64,000 nt of DNA from an uncultured delta proteobacterium. GTDB taxonomy: Bacteria > Myxococcota_A > Polyangia > Fen-1088. The notes below the pieces were generated by a model, which saw only the letters and a list, made by a program, of their open reading frames with translations, was not told where the DNA came from and did not search any database. Made by a program: the position numbers and the translations under genes. Positions 16,349 to 30,320 of this stretch are shown one piece after another (positions within the stretch are counted from its first letter, which is position 1; every line of letters begins with the position of its first letter). The stretch covers positions 1,184,001 through 1,248,000 of the forward strand of contig CAVTRY010000011.1 in NCBI GenBank assembly GCA_963737265.1, in the 5' to 3' direction.

Positions 16349-17416
16349 CTAGCCGGACCCCAAGAGTTTTCCCCCGCTCCTGTGCTCGTGCACCGGCTTG
16401 TGCAGGACGATGTTGCGGCCGGCCTCGCGGCCGTGCTCGTAGGCAGCGGTCAAGCGCACGCCGATGCCGCCGCCGCCGCTGCGCCGGGGGTAGCGCTGGT
16501 GCAGGAAGCCTTCCAGTCCAGGATCGCCCACCCAGATCAAACCCTCGCGACGGCTCTCGGCAACACCCGCCTTCAGCTTCTCGTCGAAGCCGGTCATCAC
16601 GCCGACCAGGAAACGCCGCCGCTCCTTGTCGCTGTCGATGCGGTGGCTGCGCTTGTGCTCGCGCCACAGGCGTTCACCGGTTTCGAGCAAAAATCCGTGC
16701 ACGTAGGACGCGACTTCCAGATTCGACAGCTTGCCGCACAGCTCGAGCACACGGCCGCTGCGTGCCTCGCTAGCCAGGTACGCGGGCACCCAGATGGCCT
16801 CGACGAAAAAATGGCGCGCCAAGAGCCCGGCCAGCACGTGCTCGGCCGCCTCCACGCGCCGGCGCGGCACGCCCAAGTGGACGAAGGTGTAGCCGTCGCT
16901 GGCCGCCGCCACCGTGGCGTCGATGTTGTGCTTGAGCATCAGTCGCTGCGCGGCCTTCATGGCAGCCTCGGCCTCGTGGACATTGGGGCTCTCGGCCAAG
17001 GCGAGCAGACGCGAGATCCGCCGCAGCACCGGGCTGCCTCCCTCGGCGCCCGCGGGCGCCGCCGGCAGGCCGGTGGCGCGCGCGTCGATGCCGAAGCGGC
17101 GGCACACGTCGTCGAAGGCGGGACCGTGGGCTGCCTGGTCGCGCACGTTCAAGATCTCGTCGACAAACTGGTGGGCGATCTCGTGCTTCAAAACCTCGCG
17201 CACCACGCTCCACGGTTGCTCGAACACCAAGGTGCGATCGACCGCGATGGTTCTGGTGGACGAATTCCACTGGCCGAGGCGCCTGCCCACGTCGGACAGC
17301 GCCAGCACCGGCGGCCGCATGCGCCGGTGAAAATGATTCGCGTTAATCTCGCGCCAGGTGGCGGAAAGCTCGCGCAGCACTGCCGCGGTCACATCGGTGC
17401 GAATATCCTGATTCAT
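16349..17416 (-). CDS. SprT-like metalloprotease / DUF2786 protein
   Basis: LKHEIAHQF (HExxH), HGPAF, and RLLALAESPNVHEAEAAMKAAQRLM. Confidence 0.85.
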   Translation of the reverse strand: MNQDIRTDVTAAVLRELSATWREINANHFHRRMRPPVLALSDVGRRLGQWNSSTRTIAVDRTLVFEQPWSVVREVLKHEIAHQFVDEILNVRDQAAHGPAFDDVCRRFGIDARATGLPAAPAGAEGGSPVLRRISRLLALAESPNVHEAEAAMKAAQRLMLKHNIDATVAAASDGYTFVHLGVPRRRVEAAEHVLAGLLARHFFVEAIWVPAYLASEARSGRVLELCGKLSNLEVASYVHGFLLETGERLWREHKRSHRIDSDKERRRFLVGVMTGFDEKLKAGVAESRREGLIWVGDPGLEGFLHQRYPRRSGGGGIGVRLTAAYEHGREAGRNIVLHKPVHEHRSGGKLLGSG

Positions 17417-17530
17417 GGGCGCGACCATTGTGACATGTAACCACTCGATTTCACGTGCTCCACCCGATCCGAATTTCCGCACCGAAGATCAAGCCTGGAT
17501 CGCAGACTTGTTTTGAGTAGCTTGCCTGCC

Positions 17531-19921
<2,391 letters not shown>

Positions 19922-20112
19922 CTGCACATAATGCGCACGGCGGAGTTGCCGAGTGGCAACCGGCGGCCCAGACTCAGATCAATCGAGAAATCGCCATGTC
20001 CGGGTTTTCTAAAGACGTGTGGAAGCGCAAAGCAGCGCCGCCGATCATGGCAATTATTGCCACCATGGCGGCCTAATTCCGCCTACGCGCCGGGATAGCG
20101 AGGAAAACTGAA

Positions 20113-20910
20113 ATGACTCTGGCGGGCCTAGTCAGGCAGGCGGCCCCGGTGAGGGCCATTCGCCGCGAGCGCTACCGTCGCTGCTTCGAATCCTCGAAGG
20201 GCTTCGCCATGCACTCCGGCGTCTTTCGCACTTTTGAAGAAGCAATCGCCGCGGCGCCGAGCTCCGCCGGTTTCAATCAGGCTAGATCTGCTTCGGATTT
20301 CGTGGACAGGCTCGATCGCGTGTTCGCCTATGATTATCCGGTCTTGTTCTGGCTGCAGCGGATCTTTCGGGAATCGACTTCCCTCCGATTGCTCGACATC
20401 GGAGGCAACATAGGCGTTCACTATTTTGCGTACGGGAAGTACATCGACTTTCCGTCGCAACTTAAATGGCGGGTGGCGGAAGTCGAAGAAGTCGCCAAGT
20501 CCGGCCGAGTTCGCGCCCAGAAGATGGGCGACGCGAACTTGGAGTTCACAACGTCCTTCGAGGATCTCGACACGCCGGCGACCGATATCATCCATTCAGC
20601 GGGGGCGCTGCACTACATAGGCCGACCGTTCCTGTGGGACGTCATTGCGCGCGCAAAATCGAAACCACGCGATATCATCCTCAACAAGCTTCCGCTCTAC
20701 CAGGGCGCCGACTTCGTATCGCTGCAAAATATTGGCGCCGGATTTTCTCCGCTCCATGTATGGAATCGCCCAACGTTCATCGCGCGTTTCGAGCAATTGG
20801 GCTACCAACTCGTCGACGACTGGAGTGTGCCCGAGCGACACTTTGAGATATTCGACGATCCAATCCGATCGTTTGGTGCGTTCAGCGGAATGTACCTACG
20901 CCAGAAGTGA
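20113..20910 (+). CDS. SAM-dependent methyltransferase (TIGR04325-like)
   Basis: YDYPVLFWL...LLDIGGNIGVHY...GALHY. Confidence 0.75.
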   Translation: MTLAGLVRQAAPVRAIRRERYRRCFESSKGFAMHSGVFRTFEEAIAAAPSSAGFNQARSASDFVDRLDRVFAYDYPVLFWLQRIFRESTSLRLLDIGGNIGVHYFAYGKYIDFPSQLKWRVAEVEEVAKSGRVRAQKMGDANLEFTTSFEDLDTPATDIIHSAGALHYIGRPFLWDVIARAKSKPRDIILNKLPLYQGADFVSLQNIGAGFSPLHVWNRPTFIARFEQLGYQLVDDWSVPERHFEIFDDPIRSFGAFSGMYLRQK

Positions 20911-20923
20911 TTGCGGCCTGGAT

Positions 20924-22291
20924 TCACAACATCTTCGCAAATCCGGCCACGCGCTCGGCTAGCTTCATCGATCGGCTGACCAGCTCGGGAACTCCGGCGT
21001 TGCGATAGGCATTGCCGTGGAAGAACAGCCCCGGATGGCGGCGTTCGCCCTCTTCCAGACCGGCCACGCGATCCATGTGTCCCAGGGTGTACTGGGGCAA
21101 GGCGCGCTCGTGACGAACGATGTGAACGAAAGACGGCCCAGCGGTGAGGCCGACGAGACCGCGCAGCTCGCGGTCGGCCAATGCGGTGACGTCGCTGTCG
21201 GGCATGGTGAGGGCTTCGAGATGGCGGGCGCCGCCGGTGCGCACTGAAAAAAGGTGGAAGCCCGCAGGTGCGCGCCGGCCGAAAAACTGCGACGGGAAGA
21301 TGCCGCCGAGCACGCGCAGGGGTTGCGACGGCGGAACAAAAAATCCATACGCCTCGGCCGGACGCGAAAGCGCGGAAACGGGATAGCCGAGGTGAACCAG
21401 CGTAACGGGCACGTAGGGAATTTGAGCGAGAATGCCGGCGATGCGTTCATCAAGCGCTGCCAGGATGACAGTCGCGACATGCGCAGGCAGCGCAACCACC
21501 ACGGCGCCCGCTTCCTGCGTCTCCGTCCGCCCTTGCTCTTCCACCGTAACCCGGTAGCCGGCCGAGCTTTCGGCGACGCCACACACGCGCGCGCCCAAAC
21601 GCAGATCTTGGCCAAGGTGTACCGCCAGCGCGCAGGTCAGCTCGTCGAGCCCGTTTTCAAACGAGGACAATCGCGGTGCATCCTTCCGTTCAGCAGCGGC
21701 GAATTCCCCGCGCATGGCCAGCAAGAAACTGCGCTGGTCGCGTTCCATCTTCGCAACCAGGGGAAAGGCCGACGGCAAGCTGACCTGTTCGGCGTCGCCC
21801 GCGTAGAGCCCGGAAACCAGCGGCTGCAGCAGCCGTTCGCCCGCGATCGCACCGAGTCTCCGACGAGCGAACGCCGCGACCGATTCGTCCCCGCCGTGCG
21901 CCGACGGCCCCCGCGGTAGGACCAAATCCACGGCCGCACGAAGTTTCGCCCGCCATGGCAACAGCGACGACTTTGCGAACGCCCAGGCGGTCAGCGGCGT
22001 GTCGTGCAAGCGGCCGTCTGCCGCCACCAATCGCCGCTCGGCCGCGCCGCCGGCCAGCACCACGCGATGCTCGATGCCCAGGGTCTTGGCCAGCGCCGAG
22101 ATGGCGCCCGACCGATCAAGATAGCTTGCCGGTCCACGCTCGCATAGATAGCCATCGCGATGATCGCTTTCGATCTTGCCGCCGGCGCGCGCTTCGCTTT
22201 CAAAAACCAACACTGGCACGCCCAGTCGGCGCAATTCGAAAGCAAGGGCAAGTCCGGAAATCCCGGCACCGGCGACGATCACTGGCTTCAT
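20924..22291 (-). CDS. hemY: Protoporphyrinogen/coproporphyrinogen oxidase
   Basis: GAGISGLA FAD motif, ERGP, LVSGLYAGD and ALPQYTLGH. Confidence 0.9.
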   Translation of the reverse strand: MKPVIVAGAGISGLALAFELRRLGVPVLVFESEARAGGKIESDHRDGYLCERGPASYLDRSGAISALAKTLGIEHRVVLAGGAAERRLVAADGRLHDTPLTAWAFAKSSLLPWRAKLRAAVDLVLPRGPSAHGGDESVAAFARRRLGAIAGERLLQPLVSGLYAGDAEQVSLPSAFPLVAKMERDQRSFLLAMRGEFAAAERKDAPRLSSFENGLDELTCALAVHLGQDLRLGARVCGVAESSAGYRVTVEEQGRTETQEAGAVVVALPAHVATVILAALDERIAGILAQIPYVPVTLVHLGYPVSALSRPAEAYGFFVPPSQPLRVLGGIFPSQFFGRRAPAGFHLFSVRTGGARHLEALTMPDSDVTALADRELRGLVGLTAGPSFVHIVRHERALPQYTLGHMDRVAGLEEGERRHPGLFFHGNAYRNAGVPELVSRSMKLAERVAGFAKML

Positions 22292-22374
22292 GGGTCGGGC
22301 GGAACTTTACATAATTCAACCGGGCGGCGCAGATCATTCACCAAAAGCTCCAGACTGTGCATAGCTTGGTCGCC

Positions 22375-23193
22375 GTGCCCATCGACCTTCACTTCTTGAC
22401 CGAATCGACGCTCGACGACGCGCGGATTGCGGACTACCGCGATCTACAAGATCGGCGGCTGGGCGAAGACAGCGGGCGTTTCGTGGCCGAGAGCGAGCTT
22501 ATCGTGCGCAAGCTGCTGGCAACGAATCTTCGCATGTGCTCGGTACTGCTCACCGCACCTCGCCTGGAAACGCTTGAGCCCGCTCTCGCAGCGGCGCGCG
22601 GCGATTTTCCGGTCTTCGTGGTGGCGCAGACGGTGATGGACCAAATCGCCGGCTTTCACGTCCACCGTGGCTGCTTGGCCATTGCCGAGCGACCGCGGCG
22701 AACGGACCTCCCAGCCAATGCACGGACCGTTGTGGCGCTGGTGGATCTCGTCGACGTCGACAACTTGGGCGCCATGGCTCGCAACGCCGCGGCCTTGGGA
22801 GCGGATGCCATGTTGCTATCGCCCCGCTGTGCCGATCCGTTCTATCGCAAGGCCGTGCGCACCTCGGCGGGCGCGGTGTTGTCGCTGCCCATCGTTCGGG
22901 CCACGCGCTGGCCCGAGGATCTGCTGGCTTTGCGCGAAACGCACGGGCTGACGCTCGTCGGCGCCGTGGTGAACGAGCAAGCTGTTCCTCTCGCCAGCTT
23001 CCTACCCCCTGCCCGGCTGGCCATTCTCTTCGGCGCCGAAGGACCTGGCCTCGCCCCGGAAATTCAGCGCGTTTGCGATATCCTCGTGACCATTCCCATG
23101 GCGCAAAGACCGGCCGTCGATTCCCTCAACGTCGCAACCGCAGGCGCGGTGTTCCTGTACCACGTGAGCCAACTGGCGAAGCGAAATGGCTAG
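22375..23193 (+). CDS. TrmH/SpoU-family RNA methyltransferase
   Basis: DNLGAMARNAAALG, FGAEGPGL and DSLNVATA. Confidence 0.92.
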   Translation: MPIDLHFLTESTLDDARIADYRDLQDRRLGEDSGRFVAESELIVRKLLATNLRMCSVLLTAPRLETLEPALAAARGDFPVFVVAQTVMDQIAGFHVHRGCLAIAERPRRTDLPANARTVVALVDLVDVDNLGAMARNAAALGADAMLLSPRCADPFYRKAVRTSAGAVLSLPIVRATRWPEDLLALRETHGLTLVGAVVNEQAVPLASFLPPARLAILFGAEGPGLAPEIQRVCDILVTIPMAQRPAVDSLNVATAGAVFLYHVSQLAKRNG

Positions 23194-23281
23194 ACGCCTG
23201 CGTGTCCGATCTGTTTGCTCTTCGCGGGCAGGCCCACGGGTTCAACATGCAGGCTGCGACTCGCGTGGCCGCCACCGCCGG

Positions 23282-25768
23282 TCATGGAGTCGGCGCGACC
23301 ACGACCGTGTAGAAGCTGTTGGCGGTGCTCCCTCCGTTGCCGAGCGTAACGGTGGAGCCAGTCACGAAACTCTTCTTGAAAAGGCTAAACGTCCTGGGGG
23401 GCGCCTCGCTGTTCACCAGGTTCATGCCCGAATCCGTGAAGGCGGAGAGCCAGGATGGCGGGGGGGTTGTGAGGTCGTTGAGGGCAACGTAGACATCGGC
23501 GTTTCCGGTCACCCTGAACGTCGCGATCGTCGCTCCCGTGAAGGCTTTCGAGGAGTTGGCGGTCCGGATCCAAGCCGAACCGGCGAGGGTACTTGGCACC
23601 GTCGTCAAGGTGAACGTCCGATCTCCGTACTGGTTCGCACCGACCGCGAGGCTCGATTGAATCGACCAGTTTGCGGCGTTGGCCGTATCGTTGACGACGA
23701 GATTGCTGATAAGGGGAGTCGGCGCGACGACGACCGTGTAGAGGCTGGCGCTGGTGTTGCCTCCGTTGCCGAGCGTAACGGTGGAGCCCGTCGCGAAACT
23801 TTTCTTGAGAAGGTTAAACGTCTTGGCGGGCGCCTCGCTGTTCACGAGGCTCATGCCCGAGTCGGTGAAGCCGGAAAGCCATGACGGCCTGGGGGTGATG
23901 AGGCTGTTGAAAGCCACGTAGACATCGGCGTTTCCGGTCACCGTGAACGTCGCGGCCGTCGCTCCGGTGAAGGCTTTCGACGCGTTGGCGGTCTGGATCC
24001 AAGCCGAACCGGCGACGGCGCTTGGCACCGTCGTCAAGGTGAACGTCCGATCGCCATACTGGGCATCGCAGACCGCGAGGTTGGCTTGAATCGACCAGTT
24101 TGCGGCGTTGGCCGTATCGTCGACGACGAGATTGCCAATAAGACTGACAGCTCCTGAGCCGAACCCGAGGACCCGCCCGTCGGCGGTTCCGACGTACACG
24201 CGGCCGCCCGCGATCCCGGGCGACGCGAAGTTGGCCATCTTGCCGATGGACCCGTGCCAGAGCTCGTTCATGACACCGCTCGCCGGCACGGCGTCGTACG
24301 CCCGAAGATCGGCACCGCAGCTGCCCCCCACCGCGTATTCGACCCACACCAGGGCGCTCGCGGCCGTCGATCCGTTCGAGCTGACCAACGGCGAGCCCGA
24401 GCCCGTTCCGAACGTTCCGCTCGACTTGCCGCTGAAGGTGAACGTGGGCTTCCCCGAGCCGTCGAGTCCATAGCTGAACGCGCGAAGATACGCAGGACTG
24501 CCGCTCTCCGAGGATTCGACCGTGTAGACATACCCACCGTCGCCGGGCCACACGCCTGGCTTCGTCCACATGCCCACCGCGCCGAGGGTGTTCGGGGAGA
24601 ACGGACCTATCTCCTCGAGCGCCGCGTCGCCTCCGGCGATGCCTTGCCCGCGTCCACCCAGCGCATCGCGGTTCAGCAAGTAAAGGACTCCCCCTTTGCT
24701 CCCGGCCATCATCAAGTGCGGGATGGCCGTCGTTCCGAAGGTCGACGGCAAAAGCAGCGGCGAGCTCGAGCCGAAGTCCCAGTCGTTCGTGTCGAGGGCG
24801 GCCGTGTCGGACGGGCTGAAGTAATCGGTCGCCTTGAGCGAGCCGTCGGTCTGCACCGTGAGGCGCACGGCCGCCTCGGGCAGCGCCGACGGAGGCGACG
24901 TCCCCGGGCTGGTCGTCACCGGTGACGAGACGCCGTTCCCCGTGACGAAAAAGATTTGCCCGGTACCGTCGGAGGCCAGGGCGCCCGGTGCCCACACCGA
25001 CCCGAGCGGAGTCTTGTTCGAGCCTGCCTCGGTCGTCCAGAGCGTCTTGACGACCTGTCCTGACGTCGGCACTCCGACGATCCATCCCACCGCGGGCGCC
25101 TGGTCGCAGTGGCTGCCGAATCCGGCGTAGACAACGCCGTTCAAGAGCAAGAGGCCCGGACGCTGGAGCTGGGCCTGCGCGTTGAAGGTCTGGGACGAGT
25201 CGTTGGTCGCGCTCCCCTGGATACGCACGGGGAAGCCGCTGACCTCGCTCCCGGTGGCGACGTTGATCCCGTGCGCGAAGTACCCGATCGTCCCCGACGA
25301 GCCGCTCACGTACGCCTTCGACAGGAGGTACGCGGTGTTCGTGGACGAGTCGATGACCGGGGTTCCGGTGATGCCGACGGTCGGAGAGATGTTGGGGCAC
25401 TGGTTCGGAAGGTCACGTATCGCCACGGCCGTGGCCAGCGTGCGTGTCCAGATCTGCGTTCCTTTCGCTGGGTCGAGGCCGTAGACGACGTTGTTCTCAG
25501 TCGCGATGAACAAGATCCCCTGCGATACGAGCGGCTGGGCGTAGACTTGCCCGGAGATGGGCGTGGCGAAAAGCGGCCCGAAGCTACCCCCGCCGACCGT
25601 GGCCGGCGCCAGAGCCGCCTCGTCCGAGTACCATCCCGTCCGGAGCTCGTCGCCCGCGAACGTCACCGAAATCGTGCTGAGGGCGCTGGCACGCCGTTCT
25701 CCCGAGAGCACCGTCAGCGACGCAACCAACGAAAGACGCAGCCAATAAGTTCGATTGCGAGAAGTCAT
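23282..25768 (-). CDS. Secreted PQQ-like beta-propeller protein with two C-terminal repeat domains
   Basis: Signal peptide; GQVYAQPLV, GITGTPVID, QRPGLLLLNGVVY and DWDFGSS. Confidence 0.8.
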   Translation of the reverse strand: MTSRNRTYWLRLSLVASLTVLSGERRASALSTISVTFAGDELRTGWYSDEAALAPATVGGGSFGPLFATPISGQVYAQPLVSQGILFIATENNVVYGLDPAKGTQIWTRTLATAVAIRDLPNQCPNISPTVGITGTPVIDSSTNTAYLLSKAYVSGSSGTIGYFAHGINVATGSEVSGFPVRIQGSATNDSSQTFNAQAQLQRPGLLLLNGVVYAGFGSHCDQAPAVGWIVGVPTSGQVVKTLWTTEAGSNKTPLGSVWAPGALASDGTGQIFFVTGNGVSSPVTTSPGTSPPSALPEAAVRLTVQTDGSLKATDYFSPSDTAALDTNDWDFGSSSPLLLPSTFGTTAIPHLMMAGSKGGVLYLLNRDALGGRGQGIAGGDAALEEIGPFSPNTLGAVGMWTKPGVWPGDGGYVYTVESSESGSPAYLRAFSYGLDGSGKPTFTFSGKSSGTFGTGSGSPLVSSNGSTAASALVWVEYAVGGSCGADLRAYDAVPASGVMNELWHGSIGKMANFASPGIAGGRVYVGTADGRVLGFGSGAVSLIGNLVVDDTANAANWSIQANLAVCDAQYGDRTFTLTTVPSAVAGSAWIQTANASKAFTGATAATFTVTGNADVYVAFNSLITPRPSWLSGFTDSGMSLVNSEAPAKTFNLLKKSFATGSTVTLGNGGNTSASLYTVVVAPTPLISNLVVNDTANAANWSIQSSLAVGANQYGDRTFTLTTVPSTLAGSAWIRTANSSKAFTGATIATFRVTGNADVYVALNDLTTPPPSWLSAFTDSGMNLVNSEAPPRTFSLFKKSFVTGSTVTLGNGGSTANSFYTVVVAPTP
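23285..24142 (-). repeat. Two tandem 429-bp (143-aa) intragenic repeats
   Basis: Units 23714-24142 and 23285-23713, each LIxNLVVxDTANAANWSIQ...YGDRTFTLTTVPS...YTVVVAPTP. Confidence 0.92.
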
Positions 25769-25879
25769 GGCTTCTCAGATGGACAAACCTTGTCAATCGG
25801 TTCAGGGAAGTTTGTAAATAGCTTGTAACAAGACCTCGTCGACCTTTTCTGCTCCTCGCTGTCGCAATTGGCAAACCAT

Positions 25880-26644
25880 CTAGACGCGTGCGTGGAGCAC
25901 CGCGAAGGGCCAGTCGAAGTCGACCGGCGCTGGCGCCGCGATGGTGACCGGCGGTCGATCGCCGAAAATCGCGGCCAGGGCGCCCCGGCTGTCAAGGACG
26001 TCGAGCAACTCGCCGCCGTTGGCGAAGCGCTCGCGGACCACAACCTGGACGTGCCTGGCCACACGCACCTCACCAGGTAGCAAAGCGGAAACATCATCAA
26101 AGCGAAGGCCCTGGCTCGATGTGCGGGTGAAATAGCGGCGCCCGGCCAGAAGCGCGTGCGCCAGCGCTCGATTGCCCGACGTTCGTGAAAACCAGCGCAG
26201 CGGCACGCTGGCCAGAAGCCAGCCGCCCGGCCGCAACACGCGCCGCACTTCGGATCCCGCGCCCGAGCCAAACCAGTGCCAGGAAAAATTGGCCACCACG
26301 AGATCGAAACTGCCGTCTGCAAAAGGCAAGGCCTCGGCGCGCGCTTGCAGCAGCGGAATGTGCGCCAGTCCAGGCTTTGCCCGCGCCACAGCCAGCATTC
26401 TGCTGGAATAGTCCACCGCCTGCCACGACACGTGCGTGGCCTCGTTGGCCAGAATTTCCGTCGAGAATCCCGTGCCGCAGCCAAGGTCCAGCCCGCGACC
26501 GACGAGCTCCGGTGCCCCGTCGAGGAGGCGCGCCAACACGGTTCGGTAGAAGGCGCGATTCGCCTCTCGATCGTAGCGTCGCGCGCGCCCGCCGCCCGAC
26601 CAGCACGCGCCCGAAGACAAGTCCACCTGCGTTTTGCCGACCAA
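25880..26644 (-). CDS. Class I SAM-dependent methyltransferase
   Basis: GLDLGCGTG, AEALPFADGSFDLVV and RVLRPGG. Confidence 0.85.
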   Translation of the reverse strand: MVGKTQVDLSSGACWSGGGRARRYDREANRAFYRTVLARLLDGAPELVGRGLDLGCGTGFSTEILANEATHVSWQAVDYSSRMLAVARAKPGLAHIPLLQARAEALPFADGSFDLVVANFSWHWFGSGAGSEVRRVLRPGGWLLASVPLRWFSRTSGNRALAHALLAGRRYFTRTSSQGLRFDDVSALLPGEVRVARHVQVVVRERFANGGELLDVLDSRGALAAIFGDRPPVTIAAPAPVDFDWPFAVLHARV

Positions 26645-26657
26645 ACGAACGGTGCCC

Positions 26658-26957
26658 CTAGTCGAGCAGCGGATGCAACTCCGCCTTTAGCGGCGCCACG
26701 CCACCATCGGCGACGGTAATCTCGGTGAAATACGAGTAATACCCCGGGCACCTGATTTCCACGCGATAGAAACCAGGACGAATGAATTTGTTCTCCTTCA
26801 CCAATTCCGACGCGCGGCCGATCATCGCATCGTCGAGCAGCACGACGGCCTCGGGCACGTTGCATTCGACGTGGAGGGTAGCCGCACCTTCCGGCTTCAT
26901 CGTCGCGCATCCGGCCGACAAAATGAAAAACACAACAACAACGGCCAATGCCTTCAT
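26658..26957 (-). CDS. PEGA-like lipoprotein
   Basis: Lipobox LSAGC; LHVECNVPEAVVLLD...PGFYRVEIRCPGY. Confidence 0.75.
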   Translation of the reverse strand: MKALAVVVVFFILSAGCATMKPEGAATLHVECNVPEAVVLLDDAMIGRASELVKENKFIRPGFYRVEIRCPGYYSYFTEITVADGGVAPLKAELHPLLD

Positions 26958-26961
26958 GACT

Positions 26962-28104
26962 TCACCGATTCTCCTCGAGGGATGACGAGTCTGCGTTGCG
27001 CACTTGCATTTCCAAACGATCGACGGTGGCTCGGGTGGAAACCATGGCAAGCTTGTTTCCCACCTCGCGCACAAGCACCTGCGCAAGCGCGGGACCACCG
27101 ACGCGCGTGAAGATGCGGATCTCTGCCATCGTGGCGGTGACGTGGCGGACCTCGCTGGCCGTCACCGCCCCCAGTCGTTTCAGGGCTTGCAGAATGACCG
27201 AGATTGCCCCTGGCTCGACCACGTCGAGTTGCAAAGTGACGAAGGGAGCCGCCACCGTGGGCGCGTGCGCGGCACTCGCCACCGCGCGCGCCACCGTGCT
27301 TGCCACGCGCTCGAAGCAGGCGATCCGCGCGGCGCCTTCGTCCGCAGCAAACCCGCGATCCTCGTCGTTGCGATCCACGGCCGGCCCGCGCGGTCCCTGG
27401 GCTCCGGCCTGAAATAGACGCGTGCTCACGCTGCACTTGACGGAAATGCGACCGACCCCACGCACGATACCCTCGGTGGTCGCTTTTCCGACCGCGAAAA
27501 GGCCATAGGCGTTTTGCTTGGCCGCGCTGGCCGCGAGCTGCGCTTCCCCCGGCGCGGGATCCAGTTGCGCCTTGACGCCGTTCACCGTTAGCGCGCCAAC
27601 TAGCATCGGCGCCACGCCGGCCGGAAGCGGGCCGGCGACGAGCACCAAGTTGGCCGCTGACTTCACGACGGGTGCCCGGACCACCGGGGTCGCGGCGCCC
27701 CGGGCGCGCTCCAATTCTCGGCGCAACAAAACCGTGTCCACGTCCGCTTCCACCATCACATGGAGAATCCCGTTCTCGTTCTCCTGTTCGAGCAGGCGAT
27801 AGCTGCGAATGAACCGCTGCGCCGCATTGGCCAGCGACGCCTTGAGCTGGGCCACCGTCGGAGAAACCGGTCCCGGCGGCGCGTCGCTCTGACCGATCAA
27901 CTCTGCCAGTGAACGTTCGGCTGCCTGGCGAAAAGCATCAGCCAGGGCGCGCTTCTTGGCCGTGACCGCGTTGCCGGCGACGATGGGCGCCTCGGCGCGC
28001 ACCACCCGTTCGTTGGGCTCGGCCGGCTGTGCCGATGCCGCGCTGGCCGCAAGCAGGCCAACCAACCAAACTGGAGTGAAAACGACGTTCCAAATCCTCT
28101 TCAT
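26962..28104 (-). CDS. Secreted protein with FlgT-N-like domain
   Basis: Signal peptide; AEAPIVAGNAVTAKKRALADAFRQA. Confidence 0.65.
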   Translation of the reverse strand: MKRIWNVVFTPVWLVGLLAASAASAQPAEPNERVVRAEAPIVAGNAVTAKKRALADAFRQAAERSLAELIGQSDAPPGPVSPTVAQLKASLANAAQRFIRSYRLLEQENENGILHVMVEADVDTVLLRRELERARGAATPVVRAPVVKSAANLVLVAGPLPAGVAPMLVGALTVNGVKAQLDPAPGEAQLAASAAKQNAYGLFAVGKATTEGIVRGVGRISVKCSVSTRLFQAGAQGPRGPAVDRNDEDRGFAADEGAARIACFERVASTVARAVASAAHAPTVAAPFVTLQLDVVEPGAISVILQALKRLGAVTASEVRHVTATMAEIRIFTRVGGPALAQVLVREVGNKLAMVSTRATVDRLEMQVRNADSSSLEENR

Positions 28105-28714
28105 GGTCGCGCCGCCTCAAGGTAGATCACAACCGCCGCGCCGGCGAGTGATTCGATGAGGTTCGCGTGGCCTGCCGGCAAGACGAGGCGCCCCTTGTCG
28201 TCGCGGCGAACCGACACCGCATCCCTGGCAGCGGACGACATGGGCCGATAGGTTGCGCGGGCAACTCGAACCTCTTTGTCGTCGGCCGCGATCGTCGGAG
28301 CGAATTCGAACGGTGCGGTGGCGACTTGCACAGCGACGCTCGCTTCCTTGGCGGGCATGATGTCAGCGAAACGCAGCCCAAGCCACAGCACCACGCCACC
28401 GTCGGACTGGTATTCGATCCTGGACGTGGCGGCGTTCTTGATCGCGGCGTTGTCGTCCGCAGTCTTGCCCAAGCCAAGGGCGCGCAGGGCCGCGCGTAAC
28501 TTTTCTTCGGCGGTAGCACGCGCGCGCCGCTCGGCGCCCGGCCGCGCGGCGTTCGGTCCGGGCATGCGAATATCGGCCGCCGAACCGGCCTGCGCCGTGA
28601 TCGTGCCCGCGGTCCAGTCGACCTCGGCGCCCGCGACGGTGCGCTTGAATGCGGCCGGTTCCTTGGCCTGTGCCGCGCCTGCCAGCAAGGCCAGAAGCAG
28701 CGGCAGAAGCCGAA

Positions 28715-28724
<10 letters not shown>
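28101..28724 (-). CDS. Secreted hypothetical protein (LPP20-like N-terminus)
   Basis: Signal peptide and [13 protein letters not shown]; overlaps the guaA end and the next gene start. Confidence 0.6.
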
Positions 28725-30262
<1,538 letters not shown>

Positions 30263-30320
30263 TTGATCTCCCGTAAGAACCCGCAAAGGGTTCTGACCTA
30301 CTCACGCGAGTATTTCGCGC

